Assembly (NCBI RefSeq): GCF_964355755.1
Contig: NC_092670.1
Location: 29,066,388 to 29,130,387, forward strand
DNA from: Antedon mediterranea
Lineage: Eukaryota; Animalia; Echinodermata
Length of the DNA stretch: 64,000 nt
Direction of reading: 5' to 3'
A program made the translations under genes and the position numbers. The notes beneath the pieces were generated by a model. That model did no database searches. It worked only from the letters and a program-made list of their open reading frames with translations, and was not told where the DNA came from. Of the stretch, positions 10,071 through 21,809 are shown piece by piece. The first letter of the stretch is position 1; the number at the start of each line of letters is the position of its first letter.

Positions 10071-11135
10071 CAGCCGTTCCAAGGCAAAACCACGTAACTC
10101 GCATTTTTGTCAATTTTGAGATTTTTACATTTGGGGAATTATTACAAATTTATGAACAACCTGTAAAAATTTCAGGTTTCAGAGATCATTATTTTTGGAG
10201 ATAGTACCACGTATCTTTAAGCAAAAAACAAATAATTCTGGTATTTTCCAAGGCAAAAGAACGTATCTACCAGATACGTTGTTCTGCCACGGAAATGCAT
10301 ACGATTTTCGCTTCAAATTCTCACAATCAGCTAAGATACGTAATTTTGAGACAGAAACCGCTGATGCATGACGATATGCATAGCAACGATCTTAACTAAA
10401 AGTAAAAGATATATTAAACAATACTAGCCTTATTACGCTAGACAACTAATTTAATGTATTATAATTTATTCTAAGAATTAACTATATTTACGAAAATGTT
10501 CAGACAAGCTTGAAACTAGGCTAGGCCTAGGCTATTATTTTTGACAGACCTACCTAATCTAGCGTAGTACCCCAGTACTGTCGTTGGAACTAGGCTAGGC
10601 CTAGCCTAGTAGGACGGCCGTCTTTGCATTTTTGTACGTAGGCCTTGTAGTAGCATCATAAATATGCCTAGTAGATGCAAATGGCTAAGCCTAGCTTCAA
10701 ATGCATTCTTTGTTGAGCAAACCTAGTTTCTAGCCATTGGTGATCGCAGCCCTCCATGTTGTTCAAAAAGAGTTTCAATCCATTGTTTTTAAAATCATCA
10801 CAGTTACATTGTTTTGCCATGAAATGACCACAGTTACGTTGTTTTGCCACAGAATATCGCAGTTACGTTGTTTTGCCTCAGAAATGACTTTCATTCTATG
10901 CACGTCATTTCCAAGGCAAAACAACGTATCTGTTAAAAGTGGTAATAACTTTTGATCAAATTGTTTAAATTATTTAACATTTTGTATTTAATAATAATTA
11001 TTATTTATATATACTCATGCAAAATTTCACATTATTACGATAATTTGTTGTTGAAATGCAAACACTCAAACTTCAATTCAATTTTTCTCGAAAAGCAACA
11101 TTTTGTAGTTACGTTGTTTTGCCTTGGAACGGCCG
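10071..11135. mobile_element. Non-autonomous TIR element with 4-bp TSD (Sola-like)
   Basis: TIR cagccgttccaaggcaaaaccacgtaac / gttacgttgttttgccttggaacggccg, with internal reiterated cagttacgttgttttgcc motifs. CATG lies on both flanks; it is palindromic, so the boundary is slightly ambiguous. Confidence 0.75.
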
Positions 11136-11412
11136 CATGGCTCTCACCACCTATACTTAAATGTGGGGTACCACCACTCTTTGGGAAAATGGAACAATCC
11201 ACCTCAATTTAAAAACTTCTGTCATACTCAGTGGGTTGTTTATTTGCATAATTTTGTAAAAAATGAACAACATCCTGTGAAATATTGCTGGTTATTATTT
11301 AACCTGATCATGTTTTTTTTTCAATGAAGATGTCACTTTTATTTGGTTTCTTGCGTGTCAATCAATCATGTTATCTTTAATCCTTATTCTTTTAATTTAA
11401 TCTCTTTTAAAG

Positions 11413-11607
11413 GCAAATCAATGTAGGTGTGTCAGCTATTGTATGTTTCTTGCATGCGTGTAGACATCAAAATGAGAGCAAGTCACGTAAATATCTTGCC
11501 AAAGTGCTCTGGCTTCTAACATTTGATGATGAAAAGAATAGTCTTCCATTGGCTGATGCGGTTGATAAGTATGCAGTTGGAATACCTGCTTTCCAATGGC
11601 TGCCTTG
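11413..11607 (+). CDS. TRRAP: TRRAP exon 6 of window
   Basis: taaag|G...TG|gtaagg. Translates QINVGVSAIVCFLHACRHQNESKSRKYLAKVLWLL...FQWLP. Confidence 0.95.
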
Positions 11608-12036
11608 GTAAGGTTATACTCAAGTAAAATCTAAGTTAGAAAAAAATGTATCACCAGTGTAGTCAAGTTGACTGCAGAAGTTGGGCCATTCACTTTCTTC
11701 TTTCATTAATTTTCTGAGGCTTGTGAATAAAAAAAGTGGTCTTTGTAATCACAGAGAAGGACAAATTTAGCCTCCAGTAAGAAAAAAAATTGTTTTTAAG
11801 GATCTCACTCAATCAGTGCCAAACTCAAAGATTTATTTAGTTCTAGTTTTACCATAACATCTTTTCCATTTGGATTTTATTGTTTTCAAGAGAATACCAT
11901 GTTTGAAAGTCATTCAAGGCATTGAATTATGATTGTGTCTGACTTGGATTTATGAATAATTTTGTGGATTGAAACATGTGGAGATTATGTAATTTGTTTT
12001 AGTTTGTAATTTTATAATTTTAATATTATTTTGCAG

Positions 12037-12185
12037 GATACCTCAGCTGCTAACGTGCTTAGTTGGATGTGAAGGAAAGATAATACTTAACTTATTGGTG
12101 CAGGTTGGCAGGGTATATCCTCAAGCTGTCTATTTTCCAATTAGAACATTGTACCTTACATTGAAGATAGAACAGCGGGAAAGAT
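12037..12185 (+). CDS. TRRAP: TRRAP exon 7 of window
   Basis: ttgcag|G...T|gtaagt. Translates IPQLLTCLVGCEGKIILNLLVQVGRVYPQAVYFPIRTLYLTLKIEQRER. Confidence 0.95.
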
Positions 12186-12384
12186 GTAAGTATCAGCTGT
12201 ACATTATTTCTTGTTTTTATCTAAATCGTGTTAGGATGCATTTGGATTTTGCGGTATCCACACCACACAAGCGAATAAGTACAAGTATGTTAACAACCCA
12301 AATTTGTGATCTTGTTTGCAAGCATGTGTGTTATAATTGGTCCAAAATACAAAAAAGGGCTATTTTAATCTAATAAGATCTAAT

Positions 12385-12560
12385 ACAGTAATACTAATAT
12401 TTATTTCGGTCGCCAATGAATAATAGGTGGAAGTACACAGACTTAGCCCTGGGGCTTATGTCAGGCTAAGTGTGTACACCTAGATCTTTTATTTCTGAAT
12501 AAAGGCTGGCGTCTTAGTGATAAGACCCATGCCATAACCAATACAAATCAATAATTCACA
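12385..12560 (-). mobile_element. Probable LINE (L2/Crack-like) 3' UTR remnant
   Basis: On the minus strand, a stem-loop-like tail followed by aataaata and a short repeat. No coding sequence recognised. Confidence 0.3.
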
Positions 12561-12976
12561 GTTTGCATATATACTTTGGTTGAAATTCACTTTACTACAT
12601 TCTCAAAAATCATTGCGACACATTTTCAGCCATGATTTTGATAAGCATTTAGGTGGTGATATATGTACACTAAAACTCATGTCAGAGAACGAACGTTAAA
12701 ATGCCACTGAACTGCTCAAATTTGCCAGTCAACGTACCAGTCGCCTAGCCCATGCGCATATCATAAAAATGAAGTATTTTGTTAGAGCAACCTTAACTAT
12801 AGAAATTGTTGGTGAATTCTTTATGTCAATTGGTCCTTGCTGTTTTTATCCAAGCAGTATGAGAAGCAAAACAGCTAATGCAAAATCCTTGCTCCTTTAT
12901 GATGAAGTGAGGTTAAAAGACTAAATATTTAAGAGCAGTTTATTTATATGAGTATTTCTTTTTGTCTTTTCTAAAG

Positions 12977-13141
12977 ATAAAAGTGGTGAGTTGTCATCAA
13001 AAGCTAAAGCAGCAGCTAGTAGTGAAGGTGCAGCTACTTCAACAACTGACGGTGCACTCTCTAAACCACCAACTACAATTATAAAGACAGAGCCGAAGGA
13101 TGATTCACAACCTACCACTACATCTGCAACAGAAACTACAA
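12977..13141 (+). CDS. TRRAP: TRRAP exon 8 of window (Ser/Thr/Ala-rich low-complexity insertion; symmetric phase 1-1)
   Basis: Polypyrimidine tract plus ctaaag|AT completes the conserved RERYKS motif. The frame stays open (GELSSKAKAAASSEG...SATETT) to donor gtgagt at 13142, and the phase matches the next exon. Confidence 0.82.
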
Positions 13142-15308
13142 GTGAGTGCATCAAGGTTATAATCATTATACAATGCATAATTATAACTACATGCTTCACA
13201 AACTAGGCAAAATAGGCTGGGGTAGCACTTTCATTTTATTTTGTTTAGCCATTTTGCGAAAGTCAAAATATTTTTCAAATCAGTTTATCTATAGCCAAAT
13301 AGCTAAAGTCCAATGTTTTTATTTAGCCAAATGAATCGGTCTTTAGCCAAAATTAAAAATTGTTGAAATATAATGGTAAAAACATTTTAGGCAATTTATG
13401 TCAGGTCTATACACCGTTCCCTGAACGTTTTTGTAAGGCATTTTTAGATTGAGAGCCATGCCTAAATCACTGTATGATAAAAAAAATAATTTTCATTGTA
13501 TTTTTTATGATCAAAACAATTGTTCAAATTGTTTTTAATCATACAGCATTCCAGGGCTCGAAACCCCTTTTTAGCCAAATTAAAAAAACTAGAAAAGACA
13601 TGCTTTCATGCTAGCCAAATCGCGTATTCTGTAATCACGTGACTGATGTAATCCTTAGCGACATACTAAATACACATTCTTTAATGTGTTGGGAAAAAGC
13701 TTGCTGTTTATAATGCACATCATTAACAACTATGCTACCACATGATTCAAGGTGCTATTCACGCTTCCTTGACGTAAATTAGCGACATGTAAATGAAACA
13801 AATGTTTTCACCAAATTGGTTCCTATTAGCCGTTGTAGACATAGCGATGAGCAGCTAAGCTAAAAAGTACGTATTTTTTCAAAAATTACACTAGCAAACA
13901 TTTGCTAGTTTTGAAATTTTCAACTAGCAATTATCAAGAATCTACTAGCAAAATGCTAGTTTGCTAGCGTGAATTTCAAGCCCTACATTCATACAGTTAT
14001 CAATTTAATAAAAAACATGTCATGTTTGTCTGATGGCTTCCGTACCACGCAAAAAATCGTGTCCTAAGACGTCACCGTCGCGCAGTAAGCTCAAGTGGTA
14101 ATGTGCTCAGATAACTTTCCATCCCTCAGGCTGCGCCGAAGCGTTTCTGTCAGGGGGAGAAATTTAAACCATCCCGATTATTTATTACACAACAACACAG
14201 AAGCCAGCGGCCGGCCCTGCTGTGTAATGATAGTTCTCATTAAATGCATGTGTGTGTTTAGCTAAATCCCTGTTAGACTCTACCATTTCCCGAATGTTGT
14301 TTTATTTACACTACTGATGCACTGCACGCAGGAGGAAAGTTTGTTAAGGGTAAAATATGAAACTACATTAAATTGGCAGAGTCTGAAATGCATAACGCAT
14401 AAATATTTGATTTCAATAAGATTAAGACGTCATTAATCGTAGATACTATGTTTCTTTTTAATCTGAAAAGTACACCCCTATTGAAAAATAGACAATCCCG
14501 GTAAATAGTTTGGGTAGACTTCAAAATGGAGCTTGAAGTAAACAACATAACGAACAAAATAAATGCTTGGACCTTTTAGTTGGACTTTATGCTTTCGCCA
14601 AAATGATTATTTGATTATCTATTTTATCATATGTCATTGCCAAAAAGGCTAAAGCAGCCGTTTTATTTTTCGCCAATCTTAAAATGTTTTCGCCCATGGC
14701 TACTTGGCGATCGGCCAGTGCGAGCCCAGATAGGGACATTACTGTATATGAGTTACATTCCATGCTTGAGTATAATAGCACCCCCTACTTTGGGCTAACC
14801 TCAGAACTTAATAAATCCATTATTAATACAATCCAATGTAATCCCACCCATAATTTTATAGAAATGTAAATGGGATATGGGTACGACGTACTTGGTAAAT
14901 ATATATGGTAATATAAGCTAAAGTTTGGTCAGGTAGGGTAGGGTAGGAAAAGTAATTTGTTCATACATGTGTGTAGTCGCTGGACTCATTTTATCGCAAA
15001 TAACTTGTTTAGGCTTTACTGAAGAACACACCATCCATTTCTAAGGAATGACGCTGTTATTAGAACAGGTAAAACAAGGATGGCAAATGTGCATTCCAGT
15101 GAGTAATAGTACTCATTCTGTCCAGCTACAATTCATGGTTACAATCTGAATGATTTAAGATTATTTTATATTGGTAGTCTATAATTTATTGGCATTGTGA
15201 TTTCTATTCCCTAACAATTGAGATTGCTACCATTGTAACACTCTCACTATATTTACATTACTGGCTGTATTTCTTCTATGTCTTTCTTTTTTAATAATAT
15301 TTGTTAAG

Positions 15309-15496
15309 CCACCACAACTAGCAATACCTCGTCTACTCCTGCAACCACAAGTACACCTTCATCAGCATCTGCCAGCTCATCTAATCAGGGTCCAATTCGT
15401 GCTACAGCTCCCATGTGGCGATGTAGTAAGATCATGCAGATACAACGAGATCTCCATCCTACACTGCTCTCATCACTTGAAGGAATTGTTGATCAG
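15309..15496 (+). CDS. TRRAP: TRRAP exon 9 of window
   Basis: ttgttaag|CC...CAG|gtacag. S/T-rich start, then GPIRATAPMWRCSKIMQIQRDLHPTLLSSLEGIVDQ. The acceptor position is inferred from phase. Confidence 0.88.
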
Positions 15497-15616
15497 GTAC
15501 AGCATTCTTGTTTCTTCTTTAAATTGATATCAATAACAATAACAAGAAGTACTTAAGAGAGTTGTAAAATGTATTACTTTCTCTACATTCAGATAAGCCT
15601 CAGCGCCATTGTTTAA

Positions 15617-15900
15617 AAGACAACTTGACCGATCGAGGACCATATTTTTACAACGTATTAGGGATGTACATATGATTTCAGAACAATCGCAAGATTAAGG
15701 ATATTGCCTCTCGCCGTACAGTGCTGTGACGTCACAGGTGCATCGCAAAATTCACTTAATGATACCAGATAAGCAAAGAAACAATAAAAAAAATCAATGT
15801 CTTCACGATGTGCCAGACTTTGCCAGAAAATTCATGACGTAAATTTTGCGATGCACTTGTGACGGCTATACGGCGAGTTGTCAAGTGGTCAAGTTGTCCT
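15617..15900. mobile_element. MITE with TTAA flanks (Kolobok-like)
   Basis: TTAA|aagacaacttgacc ... ggtcaagttgtcct|TTAA, plus an internal inverted repeat (gtcacaggtgcatcgcaaaatt / aattttgcgatgcacttgtgac). Confidence 0.72.
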
Positions 15901-15904
15901 TTAA

Positions 15905-16355
15905 GAAACTGAAAATATTAAACGTTTATGATATTCACCAAGTATGGCAAATGTAAAATTCAAAGAATTACCACATCATATTTTAAATATGTTTAGTTAC
16001 TGTGCTATTTTTACCCATAAACTCAGAACAGAAACTGAATTTGAAATTTCCTTCACGAGAATGACTTGCAGTCAACAATGTATACACATATATGGACCAA
16101 AGTTGTGGAAAGAATTCACATGTACCGGCTGTAATAAACTGAATATTTTTGAAAGAAAAAATAATGTATAAATAAACATGTTAAAAAGCACTATTTATCG
16201 CTGAACAACACTAAAATGTATAGGCCTATAGGTAATGTCGTTTCTTTCTCACTTTTATTTTAATTTATTTTGTGTTTTTATTATGTTTTTATGTAAAAGG
16301 GTCCTGCGAAAACAGAATTGTAAATTTCTTTATGCAGGATCCTTGCAATCAATTA
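15905..16355 (+). mobile_element. Degraded LINE (L2/Crack-like) 3' end
   Basis: LPHHILNMF...HKLR...IHIYGPKLW resembles the C-terminus of L2/CR1 ORF2. A 3' stem-loop ggtcctgc...gcaggatcc follows. Confidence 0.45.
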
Positions 16356-16452
16356 TATACTGAAATTGTAATTATAAACGATAACTAAATAACTGAATGA
16401 ATGAATGAATGAAAAAAAGTTTATTAAAATTAATAAAATGTATTGTTTGCAG

Positions 16453-16552
16453 ATGGTTTGGTTCCGTGAAACATGGTATGAAGAAGTACTACGGCAGTTA
16501 AAACAAGCATTAGCCAAGTGCCAGGCTGTAGCCTTTGAAAACAGAGGAGCAG
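16453..16552 (+). CDS. TRRAP: TRRAP exon 10 of window
   Basis: ttgcag|ATG...G|gtaggt. Translates MVWFRETWYEEVLRQLKQALAKCQAVAFENRGA. Confidence 0.95.
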
Positions 16553-16703
16553 GTAGGTGAATGATTGTTCTAAGAATCTTTGCATAGAAAAATCTTGCAC
16601 CTGTATCAAATGGTTTTCTGTAATAAATCTTATCAATTTTGATGTGCAATTTATTTTACCTTTATAAAGTCAGTAACCTTTTACTTTATTTTTACTTCAA
16701 CAG

Positions 16704-17001
16704 TGGCAGAGGCAAAGGTAACACCACACATGCTGAGCTTTGTCAAGAAGTTGGTCAGTACTTTTGGCGTTGGTATTGAGAATGTTTCCAGTGTTGCTAC
16801 AACTTTCTCAAGTGCTGCATCAGAATCGTTAGCACGTCGTGTCCAGGCCACATCACAAGATCCAATCTTCCAACGGCTGAAGAACCAGTTCACACTGGAT
16901 TTTGATTTTTCTGTTCCAGGGTCAACTAAACTTCATAACCTGATTCATAAGCTGAAAAAATGGATAAAAACGCTTGAGGTCAAATGTAAACTCCTACCAA
17001 A
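16704..17001 (+). CDS. TRRAP: TRRAP exon 11 of window
   Basis: caacag|TG...AA|gttagt. Translates AEAKVTPHMLSFVKKLVSTFGVG...KLKKWIKTLEVKCKLLP. Confidence 0.95.
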
Positions 17002-17392
17002 GTTAGTAAATTATTATTATTATTATTTCTATTTCTTTTGGCAAAAAAAAAATGATTAATATAAAAAAACTTGATTAAAGTTGTGTAAAATTAAGTTGTG
17101 GATATTTAATTATTGATTGTTGTACCAATATTTCTTGTTAAATGAAATGTTTTCCTATCGTGAGCTAGCGTTCCTGCTCTTAACTAGTCATTAAATCGAT
17201 TATGAAGTATATTTTGAATTTTGTTGTATGTGCCTAGGTCAAATATTCAGAACTTGTAATATTCAATGTTGTAAATTTAAAAGATTATATAAATATGGAA
17301 AGAAAAGAATTGATAAAACAAAAAAATGGACAATAGAACAATTATAACATCGTTAGATTGCATAGTTCATTTTGGGTGTGTTTTTTCATTAG

Positions 17393-17594
17393 ATCATTCC
17401 TGATTGAAGAAAAATGTCGCTTTTTGAGTAATTTTTCATCCAGCACAGCAGATGTAGACCTACCTGGAGAGTTCCTTGTACCAAAGCACAATCATTACTA
17501 CATACGTATTGCTAGATTCATGCCCACTGTTCAAATTGTTCAAAAACATAATACATCTGCTAGAAGACTGTACATCAGAGGTAGCAATGGAAAG
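17393..17594 (+). CDS. TRRAP: TRRAP exon 12 of window
   Basis: cattag|A...AAG|gtatgt. Translates SFLIEEKCRFLSNFSS...ARRLYIRGSNGK. Confidence 0.95.
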
Positions 17595-17663
17595 GTATGT
17601 TTGCTGCCACTTCTGCTTCTGTCTGCCAAGAATATACAGGACTACAATATTTCAATAATGTGC

Positions 17664-18150
17664 GTGCACACGCTGCATAGTATTCTAGTGGTGGAGATAT
17701 AGCATGTGATATACTGTAACACCTGGTTCCTAAAACTATTGAGTGCACATGCTGCATAGTATTCTAGTGGTGGAGATATAGCATGTGATATACTGTAACA
17801 CCTGGTTCCTACCACTATTGAGTACACATGCTGCATAGTATTCTAGTGGTGGAGATATAGCATGTGATATACTGTAACACCTGGTTCCTACCACTATTGA
17901 GTACACATGCTGCATAGTATTCTAGTGGTGGAGATATAGCATGTGATATACTGTAACACCTGGTTCCTACCACTATTGAGTGCACATGCTGCATAGTATT
18001 CTAGTGGTGGAGATATAGCATGTGATATACTGTAACACCTGGTTCCTACCACTATTGAGTGCACATGCTGCATAGTATTCTAGTGGTGGAGATATAACAT
18101 GTGATATACTGTAACACCTGGTTCCTACAACTATTGAGTGCACATGCTGC
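17664..18150. repeat. 79-bp minisatellite, about 6 near-identical copies
   Basis: gctgcatagtattctagtggtggagatatagcatgtg... restarts at 17672, 17751, 17830, 17909, 17988 and 18067. Confidence 0.95.
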
Positions 18151-18560
18151 TCTAGTTATCTCTAGAGGGTATTCAGTTGCATGCCTACAGTTCAGGTTGA
18201 GGTCACACACAAACAGGCTACAGCACATTAAAGTTCAAAATTGACCATTTTTAAATGCCATTTTTGAATTAGTAGATTAATATTTGTTGGCAAATACATT
18301 GTAGGAAAGGTACACATGTCTTCTTTCAAATGCTTTGTATACAATTAACTAGTGAAAAAATGGGCATGTGATTCATAATTAAAAAACTATCTGTGATTTG
18401 TATTGCGATTAAAGGACATCTTTTTAATAATTAATCATAAATTAATCAAAAGAACAATGATTAATTTTAAAATGTTGAGCACAGTTTTTTGTAAGAAATA
18501 TTTCTGGTTTAATTTAAAATTTCCTGTAAATTAGCTGGAGTTCACTTTCTGTTTCTGTAG

Positions 18561-18668
18561 ATTTACCCGTACCTAGTTGTCAACAATGCATGTCTCGGTG
18601 AATCGCGCCGTGAAGAGCGTGTACTTCAACTTCTTCGCATGTTAAATCACTTCCTTGCAAAACGAAAG
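18561..18668 (+). CDS. TRRAP: TRRAP exon 13 of window (pseudokinase N-lobe)
   Basis: ctgtag|ATT...AAG|gtaaga. Translates IYPYLVVNNACLGESRREERVLQLLRMLNHFLAKRK. Confidence 0.95.
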
Positions 18669-19567
18669 GTAAGATTTTATGGATAATAAATGTGTAATTC
18701 TTACAGCATGAATGATAGTGAAATATATATATATATGGTATGTGATATATGAAAGGTAGTTTCATTCTGACATTTAGAAAGCTATCTTCTGTCTGTGACA
18801 AAAGGCATTATTGTAAATAACATGTTAGTTAGTAGCAGTGAATAATTAAGATTGGACAAAAACAGACAAGTTGTCTGTTTCTTTGTTCCATTTTTGTTTT
18901 TTATATACAATACTAAACAATACAACTTCACTTTATTTTTATAGAAACATTAAATTGGTTTTACGAGTGTTAATTTCTTTTCTGATTGCCTTCCATCAGT
19001 AATAGTAAATCATTTGTATCCTGACATGATTATTAGCGCTGTTTATTGTATTTATTTATATCCTTCTACAGAATTTGTCATTATAGTACTAATGGTAGTG
19101 GTTGTTACTAATTTCTGACTACTAATACAACAAAGTGAGAAAGTTATTAGGACTAAGGCAACATTTTAGAAATTGCTTTATTCGGCTGTCTCCACACGTA
19201 ATTTCTTTTTCAATGTCAATGGTTCTGCTACAATATATAAAAAATCAATTAGTGTATCCTCAATTAAAAATAAAACAACTTTATATTGTTCAGTTTTTAT
19301 ATTATTTTTATATTACCATAAGATGACCATAATATGACAAAGTGTAGTAAGGGATAAAATAATAATAAAATAAAATAAAAAAATAAAAATAAAAGTTTCT
19401 TTTGTTTTCAGAGAGTACGGTTATTGGGAGAGTTGACTGTATATATATATTTTAAATATTAAGTTTCCTCAAGTATAATGTGTAATTTGAATCAAACTCA
19501 TACCATCACATTTTAGAAGCATTAAAAGAAAAAATTTAATTTTAATTAATATGGGATCTTTTCAAAG

Positions 19568-19684
19568 GCAACAGCTAAACGTCAACTTCAGTTCACCGTT
19601 CCGCGAGTCGTTGCAGTATCACCACAGATGAGACTGGTTCAGGACAGTCCTTCATCCCTCTCCTTATTGGACATCTACAAACAG
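19568..19684 (+). CDS. TRRAP: TRRAP exon 14 of window
   Basis: ttcaaag|GCA...CAG|gtatgt. Translates ATAKRQLQFTVPRVVAVSPQMRLVQDSPSSLSLLDIYKQ. Confidence 0.95.
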
Positions 19685-20097
19685 GTATGTGATTTGAAGG
19701 TGGCAATTGTAGTCATTTACCATAACAGAACAAAATCATCTATATTTACTCAATATTTATCTGAACCATTCATCTTTTGCAAATTCATTTGATAGTACAG
19801 TATTATATAATTAGTATATATTACAACGTAGCTCTGTATGTATTTACACATAATTAGTAGCGATTTACACTGTATCAAAATTACAAATTAGAGAAATTCT
19901 CACAAATTACAACCTTGGATACTTAATCCAATAGTGTTTATTTTAATTAAATTGAGAATTCAAACTAATAACGTGTAATTCTATATGTAATTACCACGCA
20001 ATGTATATTTTAATTTGCTATCAATGTGTGTTATTAAAATAATCATTCTTTATTTTATGGCAACAAGAATTGATAAAATATTTGGAAAAAAATAGAT

Positions 20098-20505
20098 GCC
20101 ATGTGACCCACAATTGTCCAATCAAATAACAGGAATTTATTTAGGTGTTATATAATATATTATAACACACCAAGTGTATTCTTGGCATTTGATTGGTTGT
20201 TTTCATTTGCCATGTTGTTTTTTTTGTTTGTTTACAAACGAAACTGAGGCCAGACGACAGGTGGTGCTGTTGTATTTCACAGTAATTTGTATACTGGATT
20301 TTTTTCATCCACGAAACTTTTTTTTGTTCCGTACACAAAAATGTTTCAAAAAGTACTATTAAACAATCATTTAATAGTGCGTACTATTGCACGCCATATG
20401 ACCCACAATTGTCCAATCAGATAACAGGAATTTATTTAGGTGTTATATAATATATTATAACACACCAAGTGTATTCTTGGCATTTGATTGGTTGTTTTCA
20501 TTTGT
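20098..20505. repeat. ~112-bp direct repeat (period ~295 bp) centred on a palindromic junction
   Basis: gccat.tgacccacaattgtccaatca...ggtgttatataatatattataacacacc...tgattggttgttttcattt occurs at 20098 and 20393. Confidence 0.85.
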
Positions 20506-20815
20506 CACGATTGTGGGTACTACTGTTAACTTTTTGTAAACATTTTGATAATTCTATGTATTACGCAAGGCTTGTGAATTGACGGAAAACCTATTCTGTG
20601 GCCAAATGCTGATTGCAGCAGCAAATCAATTGAATACAATTTACTTATTTACTAGAACAGTAGTGAAGTTATAAAACACTGACAGTAATGTTTTGTTGAA
20701 TAGAACACTTTAAAATATTATTCAACTCATTATTTGTATACCATTTATTTGAATAAACACTCTAGGCGTTTATAGTTCAGGGTTTTGGAAAAAAAACCAA
20801 ATTACTGGTTCTTTG

Positions 20816-21122
20816 TATATTGAAAATATTCTTTTTTTCAAACCAATAATTAGTAAAAACTAACCTTGACAGTTTCGCTGTCCTGATCGGACAGCTTCTT
20901 CAGAAATAATGACGATCTATCATCAAACAGACTGACCTCTAGAGGGCCTATTCTGTTTAATGACAGGGTCATACTTGTGACTGAGTTGGTGGGTGCCCTC
21001 GTCTCTGTTGATGATTTGGTTTCCTTGTCGGCGGATCCAGATGGCTTCTCTGATGCGTCGGTTGTTTGTATCTGGTTCCCTGTTGATGATTTTGGGTTGT
21101 ATATGATGAACATTTTCAATCA
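20816..21122 (-). mobile_element. Short 5'-truncated Penelope-like insertion with 13-bp TSD
   Basis: Encodes KIINREPDTNNRRIREAIWIRRQGNQIINRDEGTHQLSHKYD (GIY-YIG C-terminus), then a hammerhead. Direct repeat TACTGGTTCTTTG at 20803-20815 and 21123-21135. Confidence 0.85.
20864..20907 (-). ncRNA. Minimal hammerhead ribozyme (PLE-associated)
   Basis: Reverse complement: ttt-CTGAAGA-a-gctgtcc[gatca]ggacagc-GAAAC-t-GTC^aagg. Perfect 7-bp stem II. Confidence 0.78.
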
Positions 21123-21261
21123 TACTGGTTCTTTGGTTGTCTGTAAAACCATTTATAAAATCTTTGTTTATTGTTCTTTGTCAATCTTCAATTCTACTAA
21201 CTTTAACTAACAATTAATATTTGTAATAAATAAATCTATCATAAAAATTGACTGTTTACAG

Positions 21262-21474
21262 AGATGCAGCAAGCTTGAAGAGTATGATGCACCAATCCTG
21301 CGTTACTATGATAGGCTTCAAATGGTTCAGGCTAGAGGCTCCCAAGCTAGTCATCAAGTGTTACGAGACATCCTAAAAGAAGTACAAACCAACATGGTGC
21401 CTAGGGGAATGCTAAAGGAATGGGCTGTACGCACATATCCTAATGCAACAGACTATTTTGCGTTCCGGAAAATG
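21262..21474 (+). CDS. TRRAP: TRRAP exon 15 of window
   Basis: ttacag|AGA...ATG|gtaagg. Translates RCSKLEEYDAPILRYYDRLQMVQARGSQASHQVLRDILKEVQ...TDYFAFRKM. Confidence 0.95.
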
Positions 21475-21809
21475 GTAAGGACTTAAGGAAATATATATAT
21501 TTACTTGTAAATTTCAAGCCTGTATAGCCAGTGACATGGATTTTGGGGAGATCAGCAGTTAAAATATGGTAAATAGGTTTAAATATCAATGCTGATCTTT
21601 TCCCCTTGTGTGTAAAAATTCTAGCTACGGGCTTGAATTTAGATTTAAATATAATATATCATATGTATGATCCTCAATTTATCTTTAAACTAAGGTAATT
21701 CACATTGGACTATTTAAGGCTAATGTCAACACCTAACTGAAAGTTGGTTGACATAAGTGCTCCAAGAAACTGACCACAATTCAGACACACGCACAGTTGC
21801 ACAAAATAA

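Noticed and set aside
13553-14730. hAT-like MITE ends (cagggctcgaaa / tttcaagcccta; gcgagcccag)
   Set aside because: The ends are degenerate and no 8-bp TSD could be matched, so boundaries are unsupported. Probably old nested fragments.
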